A stretch of DNA of 37,560 nt from an uncultured Planctomycetaceae bacterium (GCA_903949225.1 CAJAYZ010000238.1:1-37560), one strand, 5' to 3'; positions 1 to 8,922 are shown, numbered from the stretch's first letter. A program made the numbers and translations. The notes: generated by a model not told the origin, from the letters alone.

Positions 1-112
1 GGAGCCTGGGAGCCTGGGAGCCTGGGAGCCTGGGAGCCTGGGAGCCTGGGAGCCTGGGAGCCTGGGAGCCTGGGAGCCTGGGAGCCTGGGAGCCCGTGAG
101 TCTGGGAGCCCG
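1..112. repeat. 8-bp tandem microsatellite (GGAGCCTG)n with 11 perfect copies at 1-88 followed by 3 degenerate units; it runs off the left window edge
   Basis: Direct reading: GGAGCCTG repeats head-to-tail from base 1. Unit 12 is GGAGCCCG, followed by TGAGTCTG and GGAGCCCG. No + strand frame has a stop codon inside the array. Confidence 0.95.
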
Positions 113-271
113 TGAATCGTTCGCGCCTCGCGGGCGGGCGATCTGCCCGGGAGTGGCTTGCTGCCGGAGAGGGACGTACAACATCGATCACGGCATCCCC
201 CGCCCGTCGGTTGGGGTGTCTGAGGGCCCTCGATCGAGGAGCCCCGACGGCCATCGGGGGCGGAGGTGAGC

Positions 272-631
272 GTGGATGATTTTGTCGAGCCGCTGGGAAT
301 GCGGGTGCTGATCCGCAAGGACGAGAGCCGCCACAAGACGCGTGGGGGGATCGTTCTCCCCGACCAGGCGGAGATCCCCACGATCACGGGGCGCGTCGTC
401 GAGGTCAGTCTGCAGGTGGAGCGCGACGCAGACTTCCCGATCGAGAAGTACGACAAGGTCCTCTTCCACCCCAAGAACTCGATCCCTGTGGACTTCGAGC
501 AGGACAACCTGCTTTACGTCGTGCCGATCGAGGATGTCGTGGCCGTCTTCCGCCGCCACGATGCCCGCCGTCCCAGCCGGCGCGGGCCGGACGAGAAGGG
601 GGACGACGCCCCCGATGCCGGCGGCGACTGA
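272..631 (+). CDS. groES: GroES/Cpn10-like co-chaperonin with a charged C-terminal tail
   Basis: The translation PLGMRVLIRKDESRHKTRGGIVLPD...GRVVEV...YDKVLF...DVVAVF matches the GroES layout (PL.DRVLvk, mobile loop GGI.LP, G.V.avG, gD.V.F, .il A). GGAGG at 262-266 lies 5 nt before the GTG at 272. The in-frame GTG at 266 is an alternative start. Confidence 0.75.
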   Translation: MDDFVEPLGMRVLIRKDESRHKTRGGIVLPDQAEIPTITGRVVEVSLQVERDADFPIEKYDKVLFHPKNSIPVDFEQDNLLYVVPIEDVVAVFRRHDARRPSRRGPDEKGDDAPDAGGD

Positions 632-659
632 GCGGCTGAGGATCGCTCTCCAACGCCAC

Positions 660-1694
660 TCACGCCGGGGCTCGGCCGGGGCCCAGATCGCGGATCGAGT
701 CGGGCTCGTCGAACACCTGGAAGAGCCCGCGGGGGAGCCGGCGGGCAAGGCGATCGAGACGGCGGTCGAGCTTCCAGGCGGGCCTCCCGTGGCCATCGAC
801 CCGGCGGATCACGACTCCGGCCACCTGCGCCGGCTTGCGCCGGGCCACCGCCGTGTAGACGTCGGGGTCGCGCTCGCCGGAGTCGCCGACGAGGAGGAAG
901 CGACGGCGGGGGAAGTCGGCCATGATCTGCTCGATCACGCGCCGCTTCGATTTCTTCCGCGAGGGAAACCTCCCGAGTGGCGTCGAGTCTTTGAGGCGGA
1001 AGAGCTTCAGATGCATCGAGCCCGACGGCAGCCCGCATTCGGTGAAGAAGCCATCAAGGCAGGAGGCGAGTTGCCAGGGGCTCGCCGAGACATAGTGAAA
1101 CGCTGCCCCGTCGGCTTCCCAGCCGCGGTAAATCTCCGGCATGCCGGGGACGGCGCGGAACTCACGCAGGAGCGTGTTGGCGAGCAGCTCGCGGCGATTG
1201 CCGACGGCGGTCACCTTCACCGTGTCGTCGATGTCGGAGATCACCGACAGCCCCTCATCGTCGACCAGATGCACCCGCCCTGTCCCGCGTGACACCGTCT
1301 CCCCGCCGTCGTCGCCGGCCGGCTCGGTCGCCCAGGCGTCGTAGGCAATGGTCCGCGGCGCGCCGAGGGGGCCAGTCGGATCTTCGAGGTCGATCTCGAG
1401 ATGGAAGTGGCCCACCCGGTCGGTCGGCCCGGCCTCGATGACCTTTCCCCCGATCGCTACCGCGACGGCCGCACCGGGGATCCGCCGGAAGAGGAAGGCG
1501 TCGGAGCGGCGTCGGAAGACCTCCTGCCGCAACTGTTCCTCGTCGAGGTCGAAGAGCCGCCGGAAGACCGCCATCGCCAGAACGCGGCGCCTGCTCGTCG
1601 CCGGGAGCGGTCGGACCACCATTCCCGCCACGGTGGCACGCCACCGGGTGCCTCCGGCGATCCGACGGGCGTACGTGGGGAAGAGGACGATCAT
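660..1694 (-). CDS. APP1-family (DUF2183) phosphatidate phosphatase-like protein
   Basis: 344-aa ORF with an ATG start. It has the HAD-like DxDxT motif ISDIDDTVK, then FHYVSASPWQL and LVGDSGERDPDVY, which are typical of the APP1 catalytic domain. Confidence 0.7.
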   Translation of the reverse strand: MIVLFPTYARRIAGGTRWRATVAGMVVRPLPATSRRRVLAMAVFRRLFDLDEEQLRQEVFRRRSDAFLFRRIPGAAVAVAIGGKVIEAGPTDRVGHFHLEIDLEDPTGPLGAPRTIAYDAWATEPAGDDGGETVSRGTGRVHLVDDEGLSVISDIDDTVKVTAVGNRRELLANTLLREFRAVPGMPEIYRGWEADGAAFHYVSASPWQLASCLDGFFTECGLPSGSMHLKLFRLKDSTPLGRFPSRKKSKRRVIEQIMADFPRRRFLLVGDSGERDPDVYTAVARRKPAQVAGVVIRRVDGHGRPAWKLDRRLDRLARRLPRGLFQVFDEPDSIRDLGPGRAPA

Positions 1695-1901
1695 GGGGGG
1701 CCGTCGCGGGGTGGAGCCGGACAGTAAGGCTGGTCTGGATGGGGTGGGGGCCGGGATGTCGGGGGGGCGGAAGCGGGTAGCCGAGGGCGGGAAATCGCCC
1801 TATCTGCCGGAGATCCAGGTCCGCTTGCATGGGGTCGGGACGTCATTCTACAACGGTGGGCCCGGGAAGTTCCTCCCGGTCAGATCAGCCTGGAGAAGAG
1901 C

Positions 1902-1991
1902 ATGGGTGTCAAGAAGACGGGCAAGGGCAGGCGCAAACTTGGTCAGAAGAAGCGCCGCATGCGGGCCCGTATCCGCCACCGTAAGGGTTGA
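1902..1991 (+). CDS. 29-aa extremely basic small protein (MGVKKTGKGRRKLGQKKRRMRARIRHRKG), possibly a bS22/Thx-like small ribosomal protein
   Basis: Hand-translated ORF below the track's length cutoff. GGAGAAGAG lies just upstream of the ATG at 1902, and the TGA stop at 1989-1991 overlaps a perfect 8-bp stem hairpin. 16 of 29 residues are K/R/H. Confidence 0.45.
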   Translation: MGVKKTGKGRRKLGQKKRRMRARIRHRKG

Positions 1992-2009
1992 CGACGGGTT
2001 TCCGTCGTC
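1990..2009 (+). terminator. Stem-loop GACGACGG-GTTT-CCGTCGTC at the end of the small basic ORF
   Basis: Perfect 8-bp GC-rich stem with a 4-nt loop, read directly. No U-tract follows, so intrinsic-terminator function is uncertain. Confidence 0.35.
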
Positions 2010-2377
2010 GGGTGTCGTCGCTGATCTGCCGTATCTGGGGTGCCGATTCCGGGCCACCGGCCGGGATCGACGTCTATGCAACGGGTCCCGTCTTCGGTTC
2101 ACTCTCTGAGGCGTCCTCCCCGCGGGCCGTTGATCCTCCGGCCTGACTCAGGACAGTGGTCGAGGACCGAGGGCGAGGGTCGAGATGGCCTGCAGCGCAT
2201 CGGCCGCATGATCCGCAGGGTTGCCGTTCCCACCCCGCAACACGCTCAAACCTTGCTTCGCGATTTCCTTGCCGCGCCCACCCCGTGGGGTAGGGTTGCT
2301 TGGTTCCGCGGTGCAAGACATCGCGGATCGGCCGCCGCGCGACGACGCGTCGCGGCAACCCGCCAGGAGGCCTGTCG

Positions 2378-2920
2378 ATGCGCGTGCAGGAATGGATGCC
2401 CCGATTGCTGGGGTTTGGTGCGATGGCGATCGCCCTCTCGTCGACGGGCTGCAAGACCCTCAACGAGAGGTACATCAGCTTGGAGGTGTGGAAGTACGAG
2501 AAGTGCTTCGGCCACCTTCCCCCCGGATTTGTTCCCCCCGGGGCGATGGCGCAGGCCGCCGCTGCCCCTGCTGCACCCCGCGTCTGCGGTCAGGGGGGCA
2601 ACTGTGCTCAAGCCGCCCCGTGTGCCGGGAATGGTGGTGAGGTGGTGTCGATGGGAGGGGAGAACTGCAATTCCTGCCAGGGGGGCGTGCAGGGCGGGAT
2701 GATCGAGGGAGGCCTGCCCGCTGGCACGACGATCGTCCCTGGGAGTTCGACGATCCATCAGGGGGGCACGATGTTGCCGGGGGGCGCCGGAGCGCCGATC
2801 CTGCCGTCAGGGCCCGGCGGAGCGCCCGGCCCGGTGCCGAGCGCCGGCCTTCCCACGCCGGTGTCAGCGGTGAGCACGAGCCGTCCGGTGGTGATCTCCG
2901 ACGAGGTCGTCCTGCCGTAG
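2378..2920 (+). CDS. Gly/Pro/Cys-rich putative lipoprotein (hypothetical)
   Basis: AGGAGG at 2365-2370 precedes the ATG at 2378. The N-terminus MRVQEWMPRLLGFGAMAIALSSTGC looks like a signal peptide with a lipobox-like Cys. The remainder is low-complexity G/P/A with several Cys (CGQGGNC...PC...NCNSC). Confidence 0.6.
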   Translation: MRVQEWMPRLLGFGAMAIALSSTGCKTLNERYISLEVWKYEKCFGHLPPGFVPPGAMAQAAAAPAAPRVCGQGGNCAQAAPCAGNGGEVVSMGGENCNSCQGGVQGGMIEGGLPAGTTIVPGSSTIHQGGTMLPGGAGAPILPSGPGGAPGPVPSAGLPTPVSAVSTSRPVVISDEVVLP

Positions 2921-2973
2921 CTGCCCATGGACAATTCCCGCGCCGCTGGATGCGGCGGCCCGGTCGGGATGTG

Positions 2974-3774
2974 TCAGCCACGCGTCTCGGCGGGGCCGGG
3001 GAAGTCGTGGGCTTCGACGTCGCGTCGCCAGCGGCTGAGGGCCTCGGCGATTGTCGTCTTGGTGTCGGCGTAGCCGCGGACGAACTTCGGCACCCGCTCC
3101 GTCGACAGCCCGACGAGATCGTGAAACACGAGCACCTGGCCATCGCAGTGGGGCCCGGCGCCGATCCCGAACGTGGGAATCTCGAGGGCGGCGGAGATCG
3201 CTCGCGCGATCTCCTGCGGAACGCACTCGAGGACGACGGCGAAGGCTCCGGCGTCGGCCGCGGCGCGGGCGTCGGCCATCAGCCGCTCGGCGTCCCGCTG
3301 CATCCGGTAGCCGCCAAGTTGATGGACGGCCTGCGGCCTCAATCCGACATGCCCCATCACGGGGATGCCGGCGGCAGCGATGCCGGCGATGACGTCAGCC
3401 TGTCCGGCCGTTCCCTCGAGCTTCACACCCTGGCAGCCGGTCTCTTTGAGAATCCGGGCGCAGGCCTCGACGGCCGAGCGGACGCCGAGATGCTGGTAAG
3501 GAAAGGGGAGGTCGACGACCACCAGCGCATGGGCACTGGCTCTGACCACGATCTCGCCGTGGTAGATCATCTGATCGAGGGTGGCTGGGATCGTCGAATC
3601 GCGCCCGGCCACGACCATCGCCACACTGTCGCCAACGAGAATGCAGTCGACGCCGGCGCCATCGACGAGCTTGGCGGTCGGCCAATCGTAGGCGGTGATC
3701 ATGGAGAGGGGCCGGTGGTCCCGCTTCGCGGCCGCAAGGTCGAGGATGGTGACACGGCGGGTGGCGTTGGACAT
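2974..3774 (-). CDS. panB: 3-methyl-2-oxobutanoate hydroxymethyltransferase
   Basis: MSNATRRVTILDL...MITAYDWPTAKLVDGAGVDCILVGDSVAMVVAG...VVDLPF...GCQGVKLEG...GIPVMGHVGLRPQ...GGY is collinear with PanB over about 266 aa. I placed the start at the internal ATG (M39 of the track ORF). Confidence 0.9.
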   Translation of the reverse strand: MSNATRRVTILDLAAAKRDHRPLSMITAYDWPTAKLVDGAGVDCILVGDSVAMVVAGRDSTIPATLDQMIYHGEIVVRASAHALVVVDLPFPYQHLGVRSAVEACARILKETGCQGVKLEGTAGQADVIAGIAAAGIPVMGHVGLRPQAVHQLGGYRMQRDAERLMADARAAADAGAFAVVLECVPQEIARAISAALEIPTFGIGAGPHCDGQVLVFHDLVGLSTERVPKFVRGYADTKTTIAEALSRWRRDVEAHDFPGPAETRG

Positions 3775-3985
3775 GGTGTGCGGATGGGCTGGGGTGAGGT
3801 GGAAGGACCGGTAGAATCGATGTTCGGCAGCTGCAGTCGAGCGGTATAGTGGGTGCGGGGAGTCCAGTGTGGTCTGGCAGGGGAGCAATCACCAAATGGA
3901 CAGTCGCGGCAGATTTTCTGAGGGTTCTGGTTTCGGCTTTCCTCGATCGGGCAAGCTGTGCCGTGCATCGGGTGGCTTCAGAGGG

Positions 3986-4678
3986 ATGGCTGCCGGCTGG
4001 CGGACGATCCTCTCCGCCTTCGTGGGGATGGTGTTCTGCGCGGGGCCGGCGCTCGCCCAGCCGGCCGGGCCGCAGCGGCTCGAACAGGCCGATCGGGTGG
4101 GGACTTTGATGGGGATCGCTCCGGGCCGGCTCCAGGTCCGGCTCAAGAACACGGGAGACCTGTGGGTCGTGGCTGCCGCACCCGGCGCCACCGTCGAGGT
4201 CAACGGCACCGCCGCGCGGGAGATGCTCATGCCGAAGCAGTTTGTCGAGTGCTCCGTCGATCTCGATGACTTCGGCAAGGTGACGCAGCCGATCGCCAAG
4301 GTGATTTTTCCGGGCGGTGGCACGCCCGGTGTCGTGGGGAACGCCTCGGGGATCGCCGACCCGAAGGCGAAGCGTTCGCCAGGGAAGCGGCCGGCCGGGA
4401 CCTACCTCGTGAGCGGTTTCATCAAGTCGGTCGACGGCGACGAGATCACCGTTCAGGTCGGTCGCGACCGCTTCGAGATCCCGGTCGCCGCCGATGCCGA
4501 ACTCGAAGTCGCAACGGCAAGCCTCGCCGTCGCGGGGGTCGGTGACGAGGTCGAGCTCGAGGGGGAATATCTCCAGAAGGGGCAACTCATTGCCTCGTCG
4601 ATCAAGGTGACGCTCACCAATCCCCTCATGCCCCCGCCCGCCAAAGGAAAGGGGCGTCGCCCGGCCGCGACGCCGTAG
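3986..4678 (+). CDS. Secreted hypothetical protein with two internal beta-rich repeats
   Basis: Signal peptide MAAGWRTILSAFVGMVFCAGPALA-Q from the ATG at 3986. Two roughly 70-aa segments align to each other (G.i...g.l.V.l.....V...A.vEV.g.....V......G.....i.kV). Confidence 0.6.
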   Translation: MAAGWRTILSAFVGMVFCAGPALAQPAGPQRLEQADRVGTLMGIAPGRLQVRLKNTGDLWVVAAAPGATVEVNGTAAREMLMPKQFVECSVDLDDFGKVTQPIAKVIFPGGGTPGVVGNASGIADPKAKRSPGKRPAGTYLVSGFIKSVDGDEITVQVGRDRFEIPVAADAELEVATASLAVAGVGDEVELEGEYLQKGQLIASSIKVTLTNPLMPPPAKGKGRRPAATP

Positions 4679-4685
4679 CCCCCCG

Positions 4686-4733
4686 GTGTGCCGAGCCATC
4701 AGTGTGCCGAGCCATCAGTGTGCCGAGCCATCG
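4686..4733. repeat. 16-bp tandem repeat GTGTGCCGAGCCATCA x3 (last base of copy 3 differs)
   Basis: Read directly. It lies in the 80-bp gap between two convergent stop codons (4678 and 4759). Confidence 0.9.
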
Positions 4734-4758
4734 GCAGCGGGGACTGCGGGGGCGAGTG

Positions 4759-5307
4759 TCAACGGAGACCCTCGAGGAGCCGGCGGAGTTCATCCCCCTC
4801 GTCGTCGTCGTCCGTTTTTTCGTCCGACGAAGGGAGCCCACGGAGTGGCGCGGCGCCGGCGGAATCGACCGGCGCAGCCTCGACGGGAGCTTGCGGGGCG
4901 TCGTCCTCGAAACGGATGTCGATGTCGGAGCGGTCGTCGCCTCCGGGCCCGAGCGTTTCGGCGGCGGCGAGATCGTTGGCCCGGAGTTCCACGGTCGGCG
5001 TCTCGGCGAAGCGATCGTATTCCACGAGGAAACCGATGCTGCCGACCCGTACCAGAGCCCCAGGGGGGACGCGGAGCGGATGGTCGACCGGAACCACCGT
5101 CCCCTCCAGGTGGGTGCCGTTGGTCGAGCCCAGGTCGCGGACGAACACGACTCCATCCTCGACGGTGAACTGGCAGTGTCGGCGGCTGACTCGCTCATGC
5201 TGGATGCGGAATTTCGCCTCCCGGGTCCTTCCCACAAGCAGCGGCAGGCGGACCGTGTGGCTCCCCTTCTTCGATTCCGGCTCGACAACCACGAAGCGGA
5301 CGATCAT
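4759..5307 (-). CDS. FHA domain-containing protein with an acidic C-terminal tail
   Basis: LLVGRTREAKFRIQHERVSRRHCQFTVEDGVVFVRDLGSTNGTHLEG is a canonical FHA core (GR...VSR.H....DL.S.NGT). I placed the start at MIVRFVVVEP (M50 of the track ORF). Confidence 0.75.
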   Translation of the reverse strand: MIVRFVVVEPESKKGSHTVRLPLLVGRTREAKFRIQHERVSRRHCQFTVEDGVVFVRDLGSTNGTHLEGTVVPVDHPLRVPPGALVRVGSIGFLVEYDRFAETPTVELRANDLAAAETLGPGGDDRSDIDIRFEDDAPQAPVEAAPVDSAGAAPLRGLPSSDEKTDDDDEGDELRRLLEGLR

Positions 5308-5691
5308 CTTGCCCCCCACCCCAAAAGAACTCCCCCCCGGCCCCAGTTCCTTCTGCCGAAGCCGGGAAGAGAGGCTGATTGTAGGCAAATGTATGTTCTT
5401 CTTTCCTCCTCTTCCCGAAATGCCCATCTCCTCGGGGGCTGACCTTGCGGCCACCCCTGGGCCTTCCTAGAATCCTCCGGTTCCAGGCGGGGAGCCCGCC
5501 ATGAGAGCGTCGATTCCGGGCCGGCCAGAGACCGCAGAGCCGTAGGTTTTTGTCTGTTTCCTGATTCGGTCGTGATCCCGGCCTCCCGGCGCGGTAGGAT
5601 GATCGGCGACTTCGGGATCCTGTCCAACCGGTTGCGGTGGGCTGGTTTTCGGTCGTGCTTTTCCCGACAGTGGTTTTTGGTCTGTTGCAGT

Positions 5692-5764
5692 GCGGGTGTA
5701 GCTCAGTTGGTAGAGCACCACGTTGCCAACGTGGTTGTCGTGGGTTCGAATCCCATCACCCGCT
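5692..5764 (+). tRNA. tRNA-Gly (anticodon GCC)
   Basis: The acceptor stem GCGGGTG/CACCCGC, D-arm AGCTCAGTTGGTAGAGC, anticodon stem-loop CCACG-TTGCCAA-CGTGG and T-arm GTGGGTTCGAATCCCAT all fit a cloverleaf. The discriminator is T, and no CCA is encoded. Confidence 0.9.
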
Positions 5765-5767
5765 CTT

Positions 5768-5810
5768 GTTGCCCTTTCCGGTCCGTTTGAACCGTCCGCG
5801 GAAGGGCAAC
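5768..5810 (+). terminator. Hairpin immediately downstream of tRNA-Gly (GTTGCCCTTTCC...GGAAGGGCAAC)
   Basis: About 11 bp of pairing, including one G-U, around a loop of roughly 18 nt, read directly. There is no clear U-tract. Confidence 0.3.
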
Positions 5811-6051
5811 CTTCCAGGGGGGCTTGGCTCCCTTCGGGGGGCTGTTGCCGCTCCCGACTAGCTCACGCTCCCCGCCCTGCTTTCAGATGTGGGCAGGATC
5901 GTCAGCTGGCGGCCGATCAACCGAGGGGAGGGCTAGGTCTGCCTCGCCCTTCGTGGACGGCCACCGTACGATTCCCGTCGTTCGCTGTGTCGTGCCCGGT
6001 CAGTTTGCCGTCCCGATTCTCTTCTTCGCCCTCTCCGTCCCGGAAGCGTCC

Positions 6052-7542
6052 ATGTCTGATACCGCCGCGCTCGATTCCGCCACGTCCGCCGCCCCCCTTC
6101 CGGGAGAGCGGCCTCCGCTGAAGCTCGACGTCGCCATCGACAAAGTGTCGACCTGCCAGCGCAAGGTGCGCGTCTCGATTCCGCGCGAGGACATCGCCCG
6201 CTACCACGCCGAGTGCATCGGCGAGATGGTGCCGACGGCTCATCTCCCCGGATTCCGCCCCGGTCGGGCCCCGAAGGCGCTCGTCGGGAGCCGCTTCAAG
6301 ACGGAGCTTTCGGAGCAGATCCGCTCGAAGCTCCTCGCCGACGCCATGACGCAGGTTTCGGAGACGGAGAAGCTGTCGCCGATCAGCGAGCCCGAACTCG
6401 ACGTCGGTGCGATCGTCCTCCCCGAAGATGGGCCGATGACGTTCGAGTTTTCGATCGAGGTCCGCCCTGAGTTTGAGATGCCGCAGTGGAAGGGGCTCTC
6501 GATCAAGCGGCCGACTCGTGAGATCTCCGAGAAGGATGTCGACGAAGCCCTCGCCAACGTCCTCCGCGACCGCAGTCGGCTTGTGCCCCACGACGGGGCT
6601 CCCGTCGAGGGGGATCTCGTCGTGGCCAACCTCCGCTTCCTCGACGGCGACACCGTACTTTCCGAGGCCAACGAGGTCGAGATCGTCGTTCGCGAGAAGC
6701 TCTCGCTGGCGGATGCCGAGCTGCCGGGATTCGCCAAGCTCGTTGCCAAGGCCAAGCCGGGCAAGCCGGTGACGGCGCCGGTGACCATCTCGAGCGAAGC
6801 TGCCGTCGAGGCGCTCCGCGGCAAGGAAGTCACCTTGGAGCTGACCGTGGTCGAGGTGAAGAAGCTCGAGTTGCCGGAGCTCAACGAGGAGGTTCTCGGC
6901 GAACTCGGCCCGTTCGCCGATGGCGACGCCCTCCGTGCCGCCATCCGTGGGCAGCTCGACGGGCAGCTTGCCTGGCATCAGCGCCGTGAGGTCCGCAAGC
7001 AGGTCGCCAGTGCCCTGACCGCCTCGGCGAACTGGGATCTCCCCCCCGATCTCCTCCGCCGACAGAGCCAGCGTGAGCTGGAGCGGGCGATCCTCGAGCT
7101 GCGCCGAAGCGGCTTCGATGACGATTCGATCCGCCGCCATGTCAACCAACTGCGGCAGTCGGTGATGGCGAGCACCGCCAAGGCCCTCAAGGAGCACTTC
7201 ATCCTCGAGCGGATCGCCGAGGAGGAATCGATCGCGGAGACGGGAGCCGACTACGACGAGGAGATCCGCGCGATCGCCGCGCAGTCGGGCGAGTCGCCCC
7301 GTCGGGTGCGTGCCAGCCTCGAGAAGCGCGGCCTGATGGACGTCCTCCGCAATCAGATCATCGAGCGCAAGACCCTCGACCTGATCACGACCAGCGCTAC
7401 GTTCGCCGACACTCCCTTCGAGTTCCCCAAGCCCGACGCCGACGCCGTCGACCATGCGGTCTGCGGTGAGCTTGTGGGGGATGACGCGATCCCGACTGCC
7501 AATCATGCCGAGGCCTCTGCGGTGCGTGCCCCGAGGCGCTAA
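6052..7542 (+). CDS. tig: Trigger factor
   Basis: The N-terminal ribosome-binding signature GFRPGRAPK is present. Domain order and length (496 aa from the ATG at 6052) fit trigger factor, and clpP follows as in the classic tig-clpP arrangement. Confidence 0.9.
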   Translation: MSDTAALDSATSAAPLPGERPPLKLDVAIDKVSTCQRKVRVSIPREDIARYHAECIGEMVPTAHLPGFRPGRAPKALVGSRFKTELSEQIRSKLLADAMTQVSETEKLSPISEPELDVGAIVLPEDGPMTFEFSIEVRPEFEMPQWKGLSIKRPTREISEKDVDEALANVLRDRSRLVPHDGAPVEGDLVVANLRFLDGDTVLSEANEVEIVVREKLSLADAELPGFAKLVAKAKPGKPVTAPVTISSEAAVEALRGKEVTLELTVVEVKKLELPELNEEVLGELGPFADGDALRAAIRGQLDGQLAWHQRREVRKQVASALTASANWDLPPDLLRRQSQRELERAILELRRSGFDDDSIRRHVNQLRQSVMASTAKALKEHFILERIAEEESIAETGADYDEEIRAIAAQSGESPRRVRASLEKRGLMDVLRNQIIERKTLDLITTSATFADTPFEFPKPDADAVDHAVCGELVGDDAIPTANHAEASAVRAPRR

Positions 7543-7607
7543 AGCTCCGGCTTCCCACGTCCCCGGTCCCCCTTCGTTTGTCAAGCGTCCCCACCCGGGC
7601 CCCCACC

Positions 7608-8243
7608 ATGCACGACCGTCCCTTCGATCCGCGCTCGTCCAGCGCCTCCAGCGCCTCCCGCGACTACCAGCGGCAGAGGCAGATGACGCTCGGCGACCTG
7701 CTTCTCGAGAATCGGATCATCCTGCTCCAGGGGGAGATCTACGACGGCAACGCCAACGAGCTGGTCATGAAGCTGCTCTATCTCCAGAGCGACAACCGGC
7801 GCAAGGACATCCACTTCTACATCAACTCGCCCGGCGGCAGCGTCACGGCGACGATGGCGATCTACGACACGATGCAGATCCTTTCCTGCCCGGTGGCGAC
7901 CTACTGCGTGGGGATCGCCGCCAGTGGCGGGGCCGTGCTGCTCGCCGGTGGCGCCAAGGGGAAGCGTTTCGCCCTGCCGCACTCGAAGGTGATGATTCAC
8001 CAGCCCTACGGCCAGGTCGGCGGCCAGGTGAGCGACATCGAGATCCAGGCCGACGAGATCCTCAAGACCCGCTCCGTCCTCAACGAGATTTTGGCGGATC
8101 ACACCGGGCAACCGCTCGAGCGGATCGCCAGGGACACCGACCGGGACCGCTATCTCTCCGCCATTGAGGCGAAGGAGTACGGTCTTGTCGACGAGATCCT
8201 CACCAAGCCCCCAGTGACCGGCGACGACAAGGAGAAGGACTGA
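7608..8243 (+). CDS. clpP: ATP-dependent Clp protease proteolytic subunit, paralog 1 (N-terminally extended)
   Basis: [11 protein letters not shown]...[18 protein letters not shown]...[32 protein letters not shown]...DTDRD. The Ser/His/Asp triad positions are retained. The ATG at 7608 is preferred over the TTG at 7578. Confidence 0.85.
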   Translation: MHDRPFDPRSSSASSASRDYQRQRQMTLGDLLLENRIILLQGEIYDGNANELVMKLLYLQSDNRRKDIHFYINSPGGSVTATMAIYDTMQILSCPVATYCVGIAASGGAVLLAGGAKGKRFALPHSKVMIHQPYGQVGGQVSDIEIQADEILKTRSVLNEILADHTGQPLERIARDTDRDRYLSAIEAKEYGLVDEILTKPPVTGDDKEKD

Positions 8244-8246
8244 CCG

Positions 8247-8849
8247 ATGCCTCTCATCCCTTACGTCATCGAGAAGAGCGGCCGCGAAGAGCGGGCGATG
8301 GACATCTACAGTCGCCTGCTCAAGGACCGGATCATCTTCCTCGGCAGTCAGGTCAACGACGAGGTCGCCAACGCGATCGTCGCGCAGTTGCTCTTTCTGC
8401 AGTCCGACGACCCGAAGTCCGACATCCACCTCTACATCAACAGCCCGGGCGGCAGCGTTACGGCCGGGTTGGCGATCTACGACACGATGCAGTTCGTGAC
8501 CTGCGACGTCGCCACGTACTGCATCGGTCAGTGTGCCTCGATGGGGGCGGTGCTCCTCACGGCGGGCGCTAAGGGGAAGCGGCGTGCTCTGCCGAACTCC
8601 CGGATCATGATCCACCAGCCGCTCGCCGGCATGGAGGGGACGGCGGAGGAGATCATGATCCACGCCAAGGAGTTCCGCTACATCAAGCAGCGGCTCAACA
8701 TGATCCTCCAAAAGCACACCGGCCAGCCGCTCGATGAGATCGAGAAGCACACCGACCGTGACAACTTCATGGCCGCCGAGAAGGCCCGCGAATACGGACT
8801 CATCGACGAGGTGATCGACAGGATGCCGACGGTCAAGAGCGTCACCTGA
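8247..8849 (+). CDS. clpP: ATP-dependent Clp protease proteolytic subunit, paralog 2 (canonical)
   Basis: [15 protein letters not shown]...[20 protein letters not shown]...[29 protein letters not shown]...DTDRDNFM. It starts 3 nt after the stop of paralog 1. Confidence 0.92.
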   Translation: MPLIPYVIEKSGREERAMDIYSRLLKDRIIFLGSQVNDEVANAIVAQLLFLQSDDPKSDIHLYINSPGGSVTAGLAIYDTMQFVTCDVATYCIGQCASMGAVLLTAGAKGKRRALPNSRIMIHQPLAGMEGTAEEIMIHAKEFRYIKQRLNMILQKHTGQPLDEIEKHTDRDNFMAAEKAREYGLIDEVIDRMPTVKSVT

Positions 8850-8922
8850 CGGCGGGCGTGACCGGTCCGGAGGACCGGGGGATCGTCGTGGCACAGACCG
8901 CCTGAGGCGCAGGAGGCGCATC

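Noticed and set aside
1-112. The possibility that the edge repeat is a CRISPR array.
   Set aside because: The units are 8 bp, contiguous and without spacers, so this is a microsatellite, not repeat-spacer architecture. No cas genes are nearby.
3395-4699. A 434-aa minus-strand ORF.
   Set aside because: It overlaps panB out of frame and is antisense to the secreted-protein gene at 3986-4678. It has no motifs.
5370-5440. An AT-richer patch with a TACAAT (-10-like) hexamer on the minus strand (complement of 5378-5383), upstream of the FHA gene.
   Set aside because: No acceptable -35 element sits at 16-18 bp spacing, and I do not know this lineage's promoter consensus. It is too weak to call as a promoter feature.
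5692-5764. tRNA-Gly as an integration site for a genomic island.
   Set aside because: There is no integrase, no duplicated tRNA 3' end and no compositional shift on either side. The flanking genes (FHA, tig, clpP) are core-type.
5917-7584. A 555-aa minus-strand ORF.
   Set aside because: It is fully antisense to trigger factor. Its composition (R/G/L/D-rich, no motifs) is typical of GC-rich shadow ORFs.
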